From contig OZ199839.1 in the NCBI GenBank assembly GCA_964304625.1, positions 3,968,114 through 4,032,113 on the forward strand: a DNA stretch of 64,000 nucleotides. Direction: 5' to 3'. Each line of letters opens with the position of its first letter. Within the stretch, counting starts at the first letter, position 1. Shown here one piece after another: positions 1-10,187 of this stretch. The position numbers and the translations under genes were made by a program. A model generated the notes under the pieces. The model did no database searches, was not told the DNA's origin, and saw only the letters and a program-made list of their open reading frames with translations. The DNA comes from Kudoa neothunni (taxonomy: Eukaryota > Animalia > Cnidaria).

Positions 1-314
1 TTTATTTTTCGCCATCCATTGATTACTAATACAACAGTTTATTGCATAAATAATAAAACTCAAACCTACCTCGGTGTTAATAGACGCGTTCAATTTGAAT
101 CAATTCATTTTCACCAATTACCCCTATCCATTGGATACACCTTTAAAGGTTTACAAGAAAATAAATTTAACACAATTTACCCAGAATTTACCAGATAACT
201 ACTGCAACCGTCTAATCCTTAATGATTTTTTTTTGTATTGCATTAAGTTGCTGTTTTTATAATATTTACTGTAAGTAGTTAGTTTCATGAATACTTGTGG
301 TTAATTTTGAATAG

Positions 315-1090
315 ATTGTGTGAAACCGGATGATGATCTTGAGATTGATCTACCTGATTCTGAAATAAAACCTGTTATCTACCCAAAAACTGGTAATCTA
401 CACATACGATATATCTTAAACAATAGTGAAATTTAATGTTTGAATTAATTAATTAATTAGCAATAATGACAATAATTAGTTTGAACTCATGTGTAAAATG
501 AAGTGTGGACGTCGACCAATGATATAATACATTATATTCATTTGAATGAGCCTACAAAATTAAATATAATTGTTTCCATGAATAAAAAACATATAAATTA
601 AATTGAATACAAAAATAAATAGCCTGATTAATTTTTTATTTGGTAGTATAAAAGTATAAAAATTGTAATCAAATTCTATGTAGGCAAAGATTTTGATGTA
701 ATCATCAAAATTAAGGAACCATTCTTGGATAAACTGCTCGACAAATCTTCAAAAGAGTTCAATTTATTGCGAAATAAACTCCAATTAGCTGTACCTAACT
801 AAATTACGTTGTTGATTTAATGAGTTAAATTTTTGTCTAGATACTTCAACTCTACGTGGATGATGATTACTATCAAGGAACTCACATTTTGGAAATTTCG
901 TAAGTTTGATTAATGTTGAATTTTATGATATTTGAAAATTATTAGTAACTCAACCAGTTATAACGCTAGATTGTTTGTGAGATTTACCGAAGAAGGTGAC
1001 GACCATCTGGTACCATTGAGTGATGGCCTCATGTCTGGAAAGCTCGGAAATATTCCTGTCCACAACTTTTTTCTAAACGCTAGTAATTAA
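315..1090 (+). CDS. 3' exons of a SEA-domain-containing protein; 5' part unresolved and probably extends off-window
   Basis: GT-AG exons ~315-392, 684-790, 841-899 and 946-1090 splice in frame to ...DLPDSEIKPVIYPKTGKDFDVIIKIKEPFLDKLLDKSSKEFNLLRNKLQLAILQLYVDDDYYQGTHILEISNSTSYNARLFVRF...SGKLGNIPV. The F.V.I.I...F...L.D.SS.EF..L...L pattern resembles SEA domains. Confidence 0.6.
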
Positions 1091-2105
1091 ATTATCTTTG
1101 TTTTAATCGTTTTAACAATTGTAACACAAGAATTAAAATTAACATTCAAATCTGAATCCTTTCGATCGGAAACTTTTATTCAGACTCTCAATTTTATTAG
1201 AGTTTTAAGTGAAAAATATAAATGAGAAATGTTGGAGAACAATAGATTTATAACCTTAAGCTTTTCAAATTTATTAATTAAAACAACGAGTTAAAAAATT
1301 TTTAATTTAATGTTTTCTAATTTCTAATTTATTACAATTTGCTAATTTAATAAAATATATAATTCAAGTACATAGTATTATTTTGAATGCTTCGTTTTAG
1401 CTCTTACGTGTATGCGTTCTTATCAAGTACTAATTGTTGTTAATATTAATCTTCATTCAATTATGATATTCATTTGTTTACCCATAATTAAGATAGAAAA
1501 AGTTAATTTTTAGTTTATATATTTTACCGATTCAGTACAATAAGGTTTAATTTTTAATCCTTAAATCTTGATCTAATACATTGTTTATAATATAAATCCA
1601 TCAAAAATTTATATATCGTAATTACCATTTTATACAAATCTCAAAAAAAACGGATTTCATTAGTGATTAAATTTAAAATTATTATAATCGATCTTTTAGC
1701 CATTATTCGCGTATACATAAACGAATGTCTCTATGTAAAAGCGCAGGTGCGATATACTTAATTCTCGGTAGAAGATTATTTACGGAACTTTTAAAGTTCA
1801 TGATATTTAAAAAATTTTTTTCTTTCTTATTAAAACTTTGAGAGATGATAAATAGTCCAAAAATTCCATGAATTCAGTAATAAAATTAACATTCATTTAT
1901 TTCAGAGGGAGTAGCTACTTACATAGTAAATAATATAAGAGCGCCCCCCCCCCCCAATGTTTACTATATTTAACTACAGTAATTTAACATCAACTTGCAA
2001 CCTCCGCACGAAATAGAGTAAAATGTGTGGTATCCTGCTAAAGTGAGATTAAAAATTCCAATTATTTTGATGTTGATTCATCAAAAATACTATATTTCGG
2101 TTTAA

Positions 2106-4202
2106 CTCTCTATCAGATGAAAAAACCACACCCTCCAAGGGGCTTTGGGATAAAAAAATACCCCATAATATTTTACATTTAACTTATGTCGAAAATTATT
2201 ATAAGGTAATGAGATAAATATGGGGAAATTCTGCCCACGGAATGTTGAGAAAACAATCAATTACTGCTTAATAATCCTCGGAGACCTGCTTCGGTAAGAT
2301 TAAGTATTATTTCGTAATAACTCGTGATTAGAACGTATAATATGTTTAACCTCATATGAAATAACGATAAACAAAAATTTCAATGACAAATAAGATATAA
2401 ATTCTATCAAAGATAATCTATGCGGACAAATGCAGAATAATGACCAAAATCCAAAACAACCACAGCGAAAAAAATCGACCATGGTGAATAATTTATTTTT
2501 GTTTATTTCTTAGTTTTGATCCAACGTGATTTTACATTTAATATTCTCTTTAATATATATGATAGTTATTGTAATCTATTATGTATCTCCTAGTCCCTCG
2601 TAATCATTTTTACAGACGATAACTAGGGCATGTAATTTTCGATTTAAACCGTCGATTTTATCAGGTTAGTTCGACGTTTATTTTTTGGGGTTGTTTCGGA
2701 AGGGGGGTCTTAATAAAAATGGGGAAAAATTTATGTGATTTAGAGAATTATATTGAGGATTGAGTTAATTAAGAAATTATTTAAAACGAATTTGTTTACA
2801 AATACCGTAACTTAGAGTTACTCAAAAAACAAAACCACATGTAGAAACATATTGCATTGCTCAAGCATCGTTCAATGATAGGATCGTTAAAGCACCTCTT
2901 TCCTGACCTCTTTTGTTATTTAGAGATCATAAAAATATAAAGATATGTCTTGTTTCAGCTTTAATGTAGTTGGATTACGATTTAAAATAATAGATAGTTA
3001 CACAAGACCTAAAAGTTTTTCCTGAATATATTGATATTGTCCTGCAGCATGTTCATGTTCGAATGATAAAACTTCGGTTGATAATAACTTACCTACATTG
3101 TTTGAAGAAAAAGATTTTAGCAACGCCAACTTTGCCGACATTATTGTTTAAACAAACCGTTGTCTTCAATCTTGGCAAAAATCTTTTCGTAGATGAGGCA
3201 TGTTTTTTTTCAGAGGAAAAAACTCTATTCTATTATAATTATATTAAAATAGAGGAATTAAAAAATAATTTTATCATATTCTGTGTAATGTTAATTTGTG
3301 TTTATTGCGTCATAAGGATGTCTGCGCATATCTGTTTATAATTTCCTTTATGCGTAAAAATGTCGAAAATTGCATGCTTTAGCTATAACACTCAATTAAG
3401 TAAAGCACCCTTTATGTATTCTAAAACTTAGTTGTGCCAACTGATTTCTGTGCATCGTCACAATTTCTTCTTAGCGGTTACCTATTATTAAATGAAGGAA
3501 TTTATACGAATGAGAATAGCATATTTAGAACAAACATTACATATTCGGTTGTAGCAACTGTTTAATGTTAAAACCAACAATAAATTATTTGACGAAGTTA
3601 ATGAATTCCTACTCTAAATTGCTTAATACATATCACACGATTCTAATTAATAATTGTACGACTAATTATCAAACTAATTATAATCTTTCATTGATGAATG
3701 CGGCCATTGTTCCGTAATTTTACCTTTAAATTATCCAAATCTTATTTATTGGGGGCTATTTATTGTTAGCGGGCAAATTATATGGATAATTTTGTTTGTT
3801 TTGAATAATAAACACTGGCGCGTTACAACGCTTGTTGAAACGACAGCTTACGATATATACGGCACCACGTAATTAATCGGATTACTTCGAATAATAATTA
3901 TTCAATTTCTCAGCATTCCTTAAGAAGAATTTTTCAAAATCTTCCATTTCGTTTTGTAATAATTTCCTGCATTCATTGAACTAAAAAAATCCAGGAGTCT
4001 TTTTGACCCCAAAGCCGTTGGAGAAAAAAATTTTGTTCGATAAGAAATAATCAATATTCATCATTAAATTTTTTATGAATTTATTTATTAAAATAGTCTA
4101 GAAGAATATAAGAAATGTTAAGTATCTAAGATAATTATTAAATATTCTATGAACAAATTAAAATCCTTTAGGGGCCTAAAATACCCTAAGCCCGTTAGAG
4201 GG
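2106..4202 (+). mobile_element. Degenerate piggyBac-family DNA transposon
   Basis: Flanked by TTAA at 2102-2105 and 4203-4206. Ends read CTCTCTATC... and ...GTTAGAGGG. Subterminal inverted repeats at ~2131-2165 and ~3993-4024. Residual transposase motif FNLGKNLFVDEACFF (ORF 3063-3341) resembles the first catalytic D region. Confidence 0.55.
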
Positions 4203-4762
4203 TTAAAGAATACGAAAGCAACCATTATATAATTTTATCATGTTAGATTACCTGCTCGTGAAACCGTAAATTTAACACAATTTGTTAACCACCACTATCT
4301 AGAGCTTTGATAACTACAAGGAATATTTATATCATACCTTAGGCAAATTATTTAATTTACACCCATATAGAGAATAGACTCAACCGAAAAATTTAATCAT
4401 TAGGTTTCGTATTATAAATTGTTTTATGGCGCTCAAATAACTAAACTTTCGTTGAAAACATAAAATGCACTGATTTGAACTGTTTTTTATTAAAATAATA
4501 CCTCTGATTTTGAGTAAATTAGCGATCTGATATTGGCGCAAGCGCTACTTACAAGTTGATGTAGGAATATTGTATTTGTGGCTCCTAAGTACTAAGGGGG
4601 TAGCTCAGAAAAGTTTAATATAACAGATTATAAAAAATTAAATCTGTACACAGCTTGTGAATAAGAGTTGTTGAGATTAAAAGTTGACACCGCACAAGCG
4701 TACATATAATTTAGGATTAAAATTTGCCACAGCAATAGGATCTTGTTTTCAGATTCATTTAG

Positions 4763-4879
4763 TGTAACGGTGGAGTTAGTTGCGCTGTCGATAGGAGAAG
4801 CCATGATAAAATATACTCGAAAAGTAATCTACCTAGATATCACTAATCTAAATCCGGTTGACGCGTGTCATCCGTTACA
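4763..4879 (-). repeat. 3' LTR (117 bp)
   Basis: Identical to 8558-8674 except one T/C mismatch (CCGGTTGACG vs CCGGCTGACG). 8-bp terminal inverted repeat TGTAACGG/CCGTTACA. Confidence 0.96.
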
Positions 4880-7413
4880 TTCCCCCCTTGGGAAGATCGG
4901 GACATATATGATTTGATGTTGTTTCTGTGGACAGTAGTTGGGAGATTGTCAATACTAATTGTATAAGTGGAGGGTCCATGTCTTTTAAGGACTACGTAAG
5001 GTCCTGACCACTTATTGGTAGCTGGGTTTTTGTAAACAACACTAGATTGGACTTGGATGGGTTTAGGAGGACTTGCATTGTTGTAGTTTCTTGAGTTTTT
5101 GGATGATGAATTGGTTAGGCTTTTGAGTGCAATTGCATGTGTGCGTGAAAGTTCACGTTTGAGATTTTTTAGGTATGACAGAGTGGTAGGAGAATTGTTC
5201 ATGTTATCATTGGGCAGAATGGGTGTGAGAGCAAAGTTGGGTTTTTTACCGTAGATAAGTTGAAAGGGAGAAAAACCAGTTGATTCATTGGTATGATTAT
5301 TATAATGGTTCACTAACATTTGGAGATGGATGTCCCATAAATTGGGTTCGTCGAGCTTCAGTAGCATATGCTTAAGAGTTCGGTTGAAACGCTCCACGGC
5401 GCCATTGCCCTGAGGATGGTATGGTGTAGTATGGGATAGCTCGATGTTGAGATCACGGCAGATTTGTACGATAATATTTGAAACGAAGTTCCTACCATTG
5501 TCGCTGTGTATACGTCTAGGCTTACCGAATTTGCATAATATTTCCTGGATGAGTTTGTCACAAATTGTCTCTGCTCTTAAATCAGCTAGTGGAATGGCTA
5601 TGGCGAATTTGGTGAAAAGATCCACACAGCAGAGTATATATCTATTAAGATTATCGGTGCGATTGAAAGGTCCAATGATATCCCATTCCATTAATTGAAA
5701 AGGGAAGGTAGCTTTTAGTGGGATTAAGTTGGATTTTTCGGAAGACCATGGATTCAATTGGCAAGTTTTACAAGAACGCACATAATTTCGGGTTTCGATT
5801 TCGTAGCCGGGCCAAAATGCGTTGTCTCGTAGCATCGAAAATGTTTTGAAGAACCCGGGATGGCCAGATTGATCATGAAATCTGTCCAAGATTTTAGCGC
5901 GCATTTGAAGTGGGATGAAAAGTTGATTGATTTCTCTATTTTCGGCTTTCAGAGTCCTCACCAAGAGGCCATCTTTGAATCGGTAAACTCTCTTACCTTT
6001 GTATTTATTTTGTTCAATGGATTTTGCGATGCTCGATATAGTTATGTCCTCTTTTTGGGCCGATATCCACTTGTCTACTGGTAGGGATAGGAAATGGACT
6101 GATATAGCATTTGATTCGCACGGTGTTCTCGATAAAAAGTCGGCGTCTACATTATCAGGGCCACGTTTGTAGACTATTTCTAGGTCGTAGTTCTGGAGAA
6201 ATAGCAGCCAACGGGATATTCTACCGTGAGAGTCTTTGATGGTTTTCAGGTGAGTTAGGGGGTTGTGATCCGTCCATACTTTGGTTCTTTTGCCGTAGAC
6301 ATATTGGTGAAATGTTTTGAGTGCATGTACTAGCGCTAGTGCTTCTTTTTCGAAGGTGGAATAATTAATTTCGGATTTATTGAGGATACGGCTGGCATAA
6401 CGTATGACATGTTTCTTGCCATTCACTTCCTGATAGAGTACTGATGCGATGGCTGTGTCTGAAGCGTCGGTGGAAATTGTGAAATTTTTATTCAGGTTAG
6501 GAAGACTGAGTAGTGGCGAGGATGTTAACAAATGTTTGATGTTACTTATTCGATTAATAGCTTCGGTGGATAATTCAAAGGGTTTTGTAGAAATGGCATT
6601 GTAGAGGGGCTGTGCTATGCTAGCAAAGTTTGGAATTAGGTCGCGGTAATAGTTTGCGAAGCCAATGAATGATTGGAGGCGTTTGGGTGTATTGGGAATG
6701 GGTATGTCAGCTACTGATTTGATTCTATCAGGATCAGGTGTGATTCCATCTTTTGAGATTACGAAGCCGAGATATTTGATTGACGTTACCTTATAAATGC
6801 ATTTTTTTGTGTTGGGTTTCCAGTTGAATTCTGTGAGACGCTTCATGATTAATTTGAGATGTTCATCGTGCTCGTTAGAAGAGGAGGAATAGATTAGGAT
6901 ATCGTCAAGGTAAACGTGACAGAATTTCCCAATGTAGTCATTCAAAGTTTCGGTCATGGCTCTTTGGAATGCAGATGGGGCTGTTACCAAACCAAATGGC
7001 AACACATTAAATTCGTAGTGGCCAAAGGGAGTGGAGAAAGCGGTCGCATATTTACAATTCTCGTGGAGTGGTATCTGCCAGAATCCGGATTTGAGGTCGA
7101 TTTTTGAAAAGTAGGTGGCAGAAGAGAGGGTGGAGATAATGTCATGGAGTAATGGTATGGAGAATTGTTCCGAAACTATCTGAGAGTTGAGTTTCCGATA
7201 GTCTACACAGAATCTATATTCATTGTTGCGCTTCTTGACGAGGAGCACTGGGGATGAATACGGACTGTTACTTTTACGTATTACACCATCGTTGAGCATA
7301 TTATCTATCTGCTCCTTAAAAATTGGGGAGAGGGCGAAAGGGATTTTCCTGGTGGAGATGTGAAAGGGGTTATCGGCGAATTTGAAACAGTATGGAGGAA
7401 CTTTTGCGTGATC
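4843..7413 (-). CDS. pol: pol: reverse transcriptase, RNase H and integrase
   Basis: Motifs RFCVDYRKLN, FSKIDLKSGFWQI, PFGL, YLDD, TDASD, EKEALA, DADFLSR, HHCC zinc finger (HDQSGH...CKTC), DDE core (WDIIGP, SDNG, NGAVERFNRTL) and GPY motif. The frame is open for 38 codons upstream of the ATG at 7299, up to the TAG at 7414-7416. Confidence 0.93.
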   Translation of the reverse strand, partial: DHAKVPPYCFKFADNPFHISTRKIPFALSPIFKEQIDNMLNDGVIRKSNSPYSSPVLLVKKRNNEYRFCVDYRKLNSQIVSEQFSIPLLHDIISTLSSATYFSKIDLKSGFWQIPLHENCKYATAFSTPFGHYEFNVLPFGLVTAPSAFQRAMTETLNDYIGKFCHVYLDDILIYSSSSNEHDEHLKLIMKRLTEFNWKPNTKKCIYKVTSIKYLGFVISKDGITPDPDRIKSVADIPIPNTPKRLQSFIGFANYYRDLIPNFASIAQPLYNAISTKPFELSTEAINRISNIKHLLTSSPLLSLPNLNKNFTISTDASDTAIASVLYQEVNGKKHVIRYASRILNKSEINYSTFEKEALALVHALKTFHQYVYGKRTKVWTDHNPLTHLKTIKDSHGRISRWLLFLQNYDLEIVYKRGPDNVDADFLSRTPCESNAISVHFLSLPVDKWISAQKEDITISSIAKSIEQNKYKGKRVYRFKDGLLVRTLKAENREINQLFIPLQMRAKILDRFHDQSGHPGFFKTFSMLRDNAFWPGYEIETRNYVRSCKTCQLNPWSSEKSNLIPLKATFPFQLMEWDIIGPFNRTDNLNRYILCCVDLFTKFAIAIPLADLRAETICDKLIQEILCKFGKPRRIHSDNGRNFVSNIIVQICRDLNIELSHTTPYHPQGNGAVERFNRTLKHMLLKLDEPNLWDIHLQMLVNHYNNHTNESTGFSPFQLIYGKKPNFALTPILPNDNMNNSPTTLSYLKNLKRELSRTHAIALKSLTNSSSKNSRNYNNASPPKPIQVQSSVVYKNPATNKWSGPYVVLKRHGPSTYTISIDNLPTTVHRNNIKSYMSRSSQGGNVTDDTRQPDLD
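4880..4889 (-). promoter_or_regulatory. Polypurine tract (AAGGGGGGAA) abutting the 3' LTR
   Basis: Purine run directly 5' of the TG that starts the 3' LTR on the minus strand. Confidence 0.85.
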
Positions 7414-8599
7414 CTATTTCGGGGCGATTGAACATGTATTCCCACGTACTGCAGGGAGTGTTATGGAACCATTCTGGCAGGTGATGAGGGCAGCATGTGC
7501 AGACAAAAAATCGCGACCAAGGATGCAATCTGTTACCAGATTATGACATACAACCATTCTCCATTTGAAGACCTTTCCATTTAGAGAGAATTCGACGATG
7601 CTAGTACCAATGGTTTCCATTTGCTTCCCGCCTGCGGATGTAAGACTAATTTTGTCAGGGTGCATTTCCACATCGAAGCCGTGTCTTATAATTGATATGG
7701 AAGATCCAGTGTCAATCAGAGCAGTTGCAACTCTAGTTCCGATTTCAATTGGTATTGTAAAATTTTTAGACAAGTCAAACTGCGCTGAAGAAACAAAACA
7801 CGAATAATTGGCCTCATCCGAAACAGATTCATTAAAATTGATACAGTTAATGTTATTTGTATGTTTGCTATTGCATATATATGAGAGGTGTCCCCTCTTG
7901 TGGCAGGTTTTACATATTGCAAAACCTTTGCACTCTTTGGTTGAGTGATTATTTGAGCCACATTTTTTGCAAGATCGTTTCTTGTATTTGGATTTCCTCT
8001 CGCCGTACGAGGCTGCTGCAGTGTGATTTGGAATATTTAGCTGTTCCTCAACCGATTGGATCAGCTCAGGAAGTGCTTGGGGTTTCGAAGCAACGATAAT
8101 ACGTTTGATGTACTCAGGCAACGACTTCGTGCATTGGTCCATAACTAGAGTTCTAGCGGTGTCTTCGTCGATAGAGGGTAGGGCCTTGCGAAGCAAATTG
8201 TTCACTCCGAAGCAGAATTCAGCAAAGGGGGGTGACATTGTCCCACGTCGAACTGTAGAACGATTGAAGGGACAATGCGGAAGAAGTGATAGGGCGATAT
8301 GTATTATTTAACAGCTCCACCATAAGGTTGAATGTATCCCTCGTTGGTCGGTACATATTTATACCGTTGGTCTCGATCAAATCGAGGATGGTATCTCCGA
8401 GGTACAAGGGAAAATTCCTAGCTTTGTCCAGGTCATTCCAGTTGCTAGCTAGTGCAAGGAGCATAAAAGAGCGGTGGAACTTGGCGAAGTTATCGGCGGC
8501 GCCGGTAAATTTCTTGAGTGGCGGTGGCTTAACAGAGTCAACACCCCTGTCACCAGATGTAACGGTGGAGTTAGTTGCGCTGTCGATAGGAGAAGCCAT
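7414..8599 (-). pseudogene. gag: gag-protease region, split by a 1-nt frameshift at the G6 run (8227-8232) and ending at an in-frame TAG
   Basis: ORFs 8219-8599 and 7414-8238 join (...DNVTPFAEFC...) if one C of the run is removed. Contains a capsid-like N-terminus (KKFTGAADNF), two CCHC knuckles (CKKCGSNNHSTKEC, CKTCHKRGHLSYIC) and an aspartic protease (LIDTGSSISI...ILGRDFL). Confidence 0.85.
8542..8555 (-). promoter_or_regulatory. Primer-binding site TGGTGACAGGGGTG
   Basis: Begins with TGG two nucleotides after the 5' LTR and is complementary to a tRNA 3' end ...CACCCCTGTCACCA. The primer looks Leu-like but was not verified. Confidence 0.8.
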
Positions 8600-8674
8600 G
8601 ATAAAATATACTCGAAAAGTAATCTACCTAGATATCACTAATCTAAATCCGGCTGACGCGTGTCATCCGTTACA
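8558..8674 (-). repeat. 5' LTR (117 bp), containing the gag ATG at 8599
   Basis: Direct repeat of 4763-4879, followed by the TSD TTTAG. Confidence 0.96.
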
Positions 8675-9550
8675 TTTAGAATCCTTATTAATTTTTGACG
8701 TAAATATGTCATTAAAATTCATTTAATTTTTACCTTACAATTGTTTTGTATGAATTAAAACCATCACAAAGGAACTTTTACCTCAATTGTGATTTTTTAA
8801 TAAACATAAGATGGATTTATCTAAATAATTTGACATTCCAGCTTTTTAAGGAATCCACACATTAACAATATTTATTGCGCATGCATCAAACTGATATAGA
8901 AACTTATGCGATAGAAAAATTACACTTCATCCCTAAATTCAACTGACTTTTTGTTCATAGATTTTATGATGTATGGGTGATATAAATATTGCACCACTAT
9001 ACAACACGCATTCTAAATATGTTTAAAATTATATATTAGAAAAATATTATTACTTAAAAATTAACTCTATCAACAACATAATGCAATTTAAATTATATCA
9101 AAGACGATGCATTAGCTTTTACTGATTAATGTAAGTGCGTTAGAACTAAATAAAAAATTATATACTTTTTAATGGGATAGATTTGTAACTAGTAATAAGA
9201 TATTATTGAAAAAATCATTTACGAAAAAGCAGTCAGTTACTTTAACTGAGTTCAATTTTACCATGACATTAACTTGATTTCAAGTTTTCTAATCACAATA
9301 GATTGTTATGAATATTTTAATTATGTAAAAATGATTTTCAACACTACATTTGTTGCCAACAATGTAAACAGTAATAAGTTTAATATTCTAGAATCCTGAA
9401 TTTATTAAATAATACGAGTAATTCTTAAGTTTGAAATGGAAACTAAAAACTGGGCTAAATAGGAATCGTCCGAGAATCGCAAGTTAGTCTATCAACAAAT
9501 ATCTCACCACATCTTGAGGTTTTATATTTTTAAATTTATTTATAATTTAG

Positions 9551-9963
9551 CCATTGCGAATTACAGCTTGATACAACCTATACTGTGTGGCATTGAATGT
9601 TCTTCCGCTAGAACTTGTGACAAGGATAACTGCTCTAGAGATTGTTGCGACCTAATGATTGCGATGCCAGTGGGTAATCTACCAGTGATAAATCAATTTC
9701 CGATTATACCCATTGCTATGCCAACTGCTCCCACAATAGTCCGTCTGGAGTCTACCCCCTACAATCAACCAACCTTCCGACCATTTAATTCTCCTGTATA
9801 TGGAAGCCAACAACGTTATCAAGATGAATCTAATTTGTTGCTTTGTGGTGTTGGTTGTTCAAATTTTTGTTACCCTTACTGTACGTCTGTATGTTGTAAT
9901 TCACTTAAAAGATCCTTCATATCCAACAGATATGTCTATCCTTATTATTATCCCAGAGTATAG
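9551..9963 (+). CDS. Cnidarian cysteine-rich-domain (minicollagen/NOWA-type CRD) protein with two CRDs and a Pro-rich linker; 5' exon(s) unresolved
   Basis: CGVGCSNFCYPYCTSVCC matches CX3CX3CX3CX3CC exactly. The N-terminal variant is CGIECSSARTCDKDNCSRDCC. A likely splice acceptor TATAATTTAG ends at 9550. Confidence 0.75.
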
Positions 9964-10187
9964 ATTAGAATTTGATTTTAGGAGTTTTTTGGTACTTTTA
10001 ATGAGCTCTATGTTTTGCGACTTTTCAGCTACATATAATTTATCGTTGTGTAAACAGATCAAATCAGCACAACCGATTTATTGATTTAGCGAGTAACGCG
10101 ATCAGTCGTCGATTACGATCGAGTCGGCGCTTTATTTATTATACAGTATCGTAGTTGATCTGCTGTTCTAAAACTACTAAAATAACA

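Larger units (their letters stand above)
4763..8674 (-). mobile_element. Full-length, very compact Ty3/gypsy LTR retrotransposon (3,912 bp)
   Basis: Two 117-bp direct repeats with TGTAACGG...CCGTTACA termini. 5-bp TSD TTTAG at 4758-4762 and 8675-8679. PBS and PPT present. Domain order Gag-PR-RT-RH-IN. Confidence 0.97.

Noticed and set aside
4595-4625. GGGGGTAGCTCAG resembles the 5' end of a tRNA
   Set aside because: No T-arm (GTTCRA) or acceptor-stem complement downstream.
5358-8726. Several antisense or alternate-frame ORFs over the retrotransposon (e.g. 8286-8726 +, 5444-5698 +, 7565-7807 +)
   Set aside because: They look like shadows of the gag-pol frame and have no recognisable motifs.
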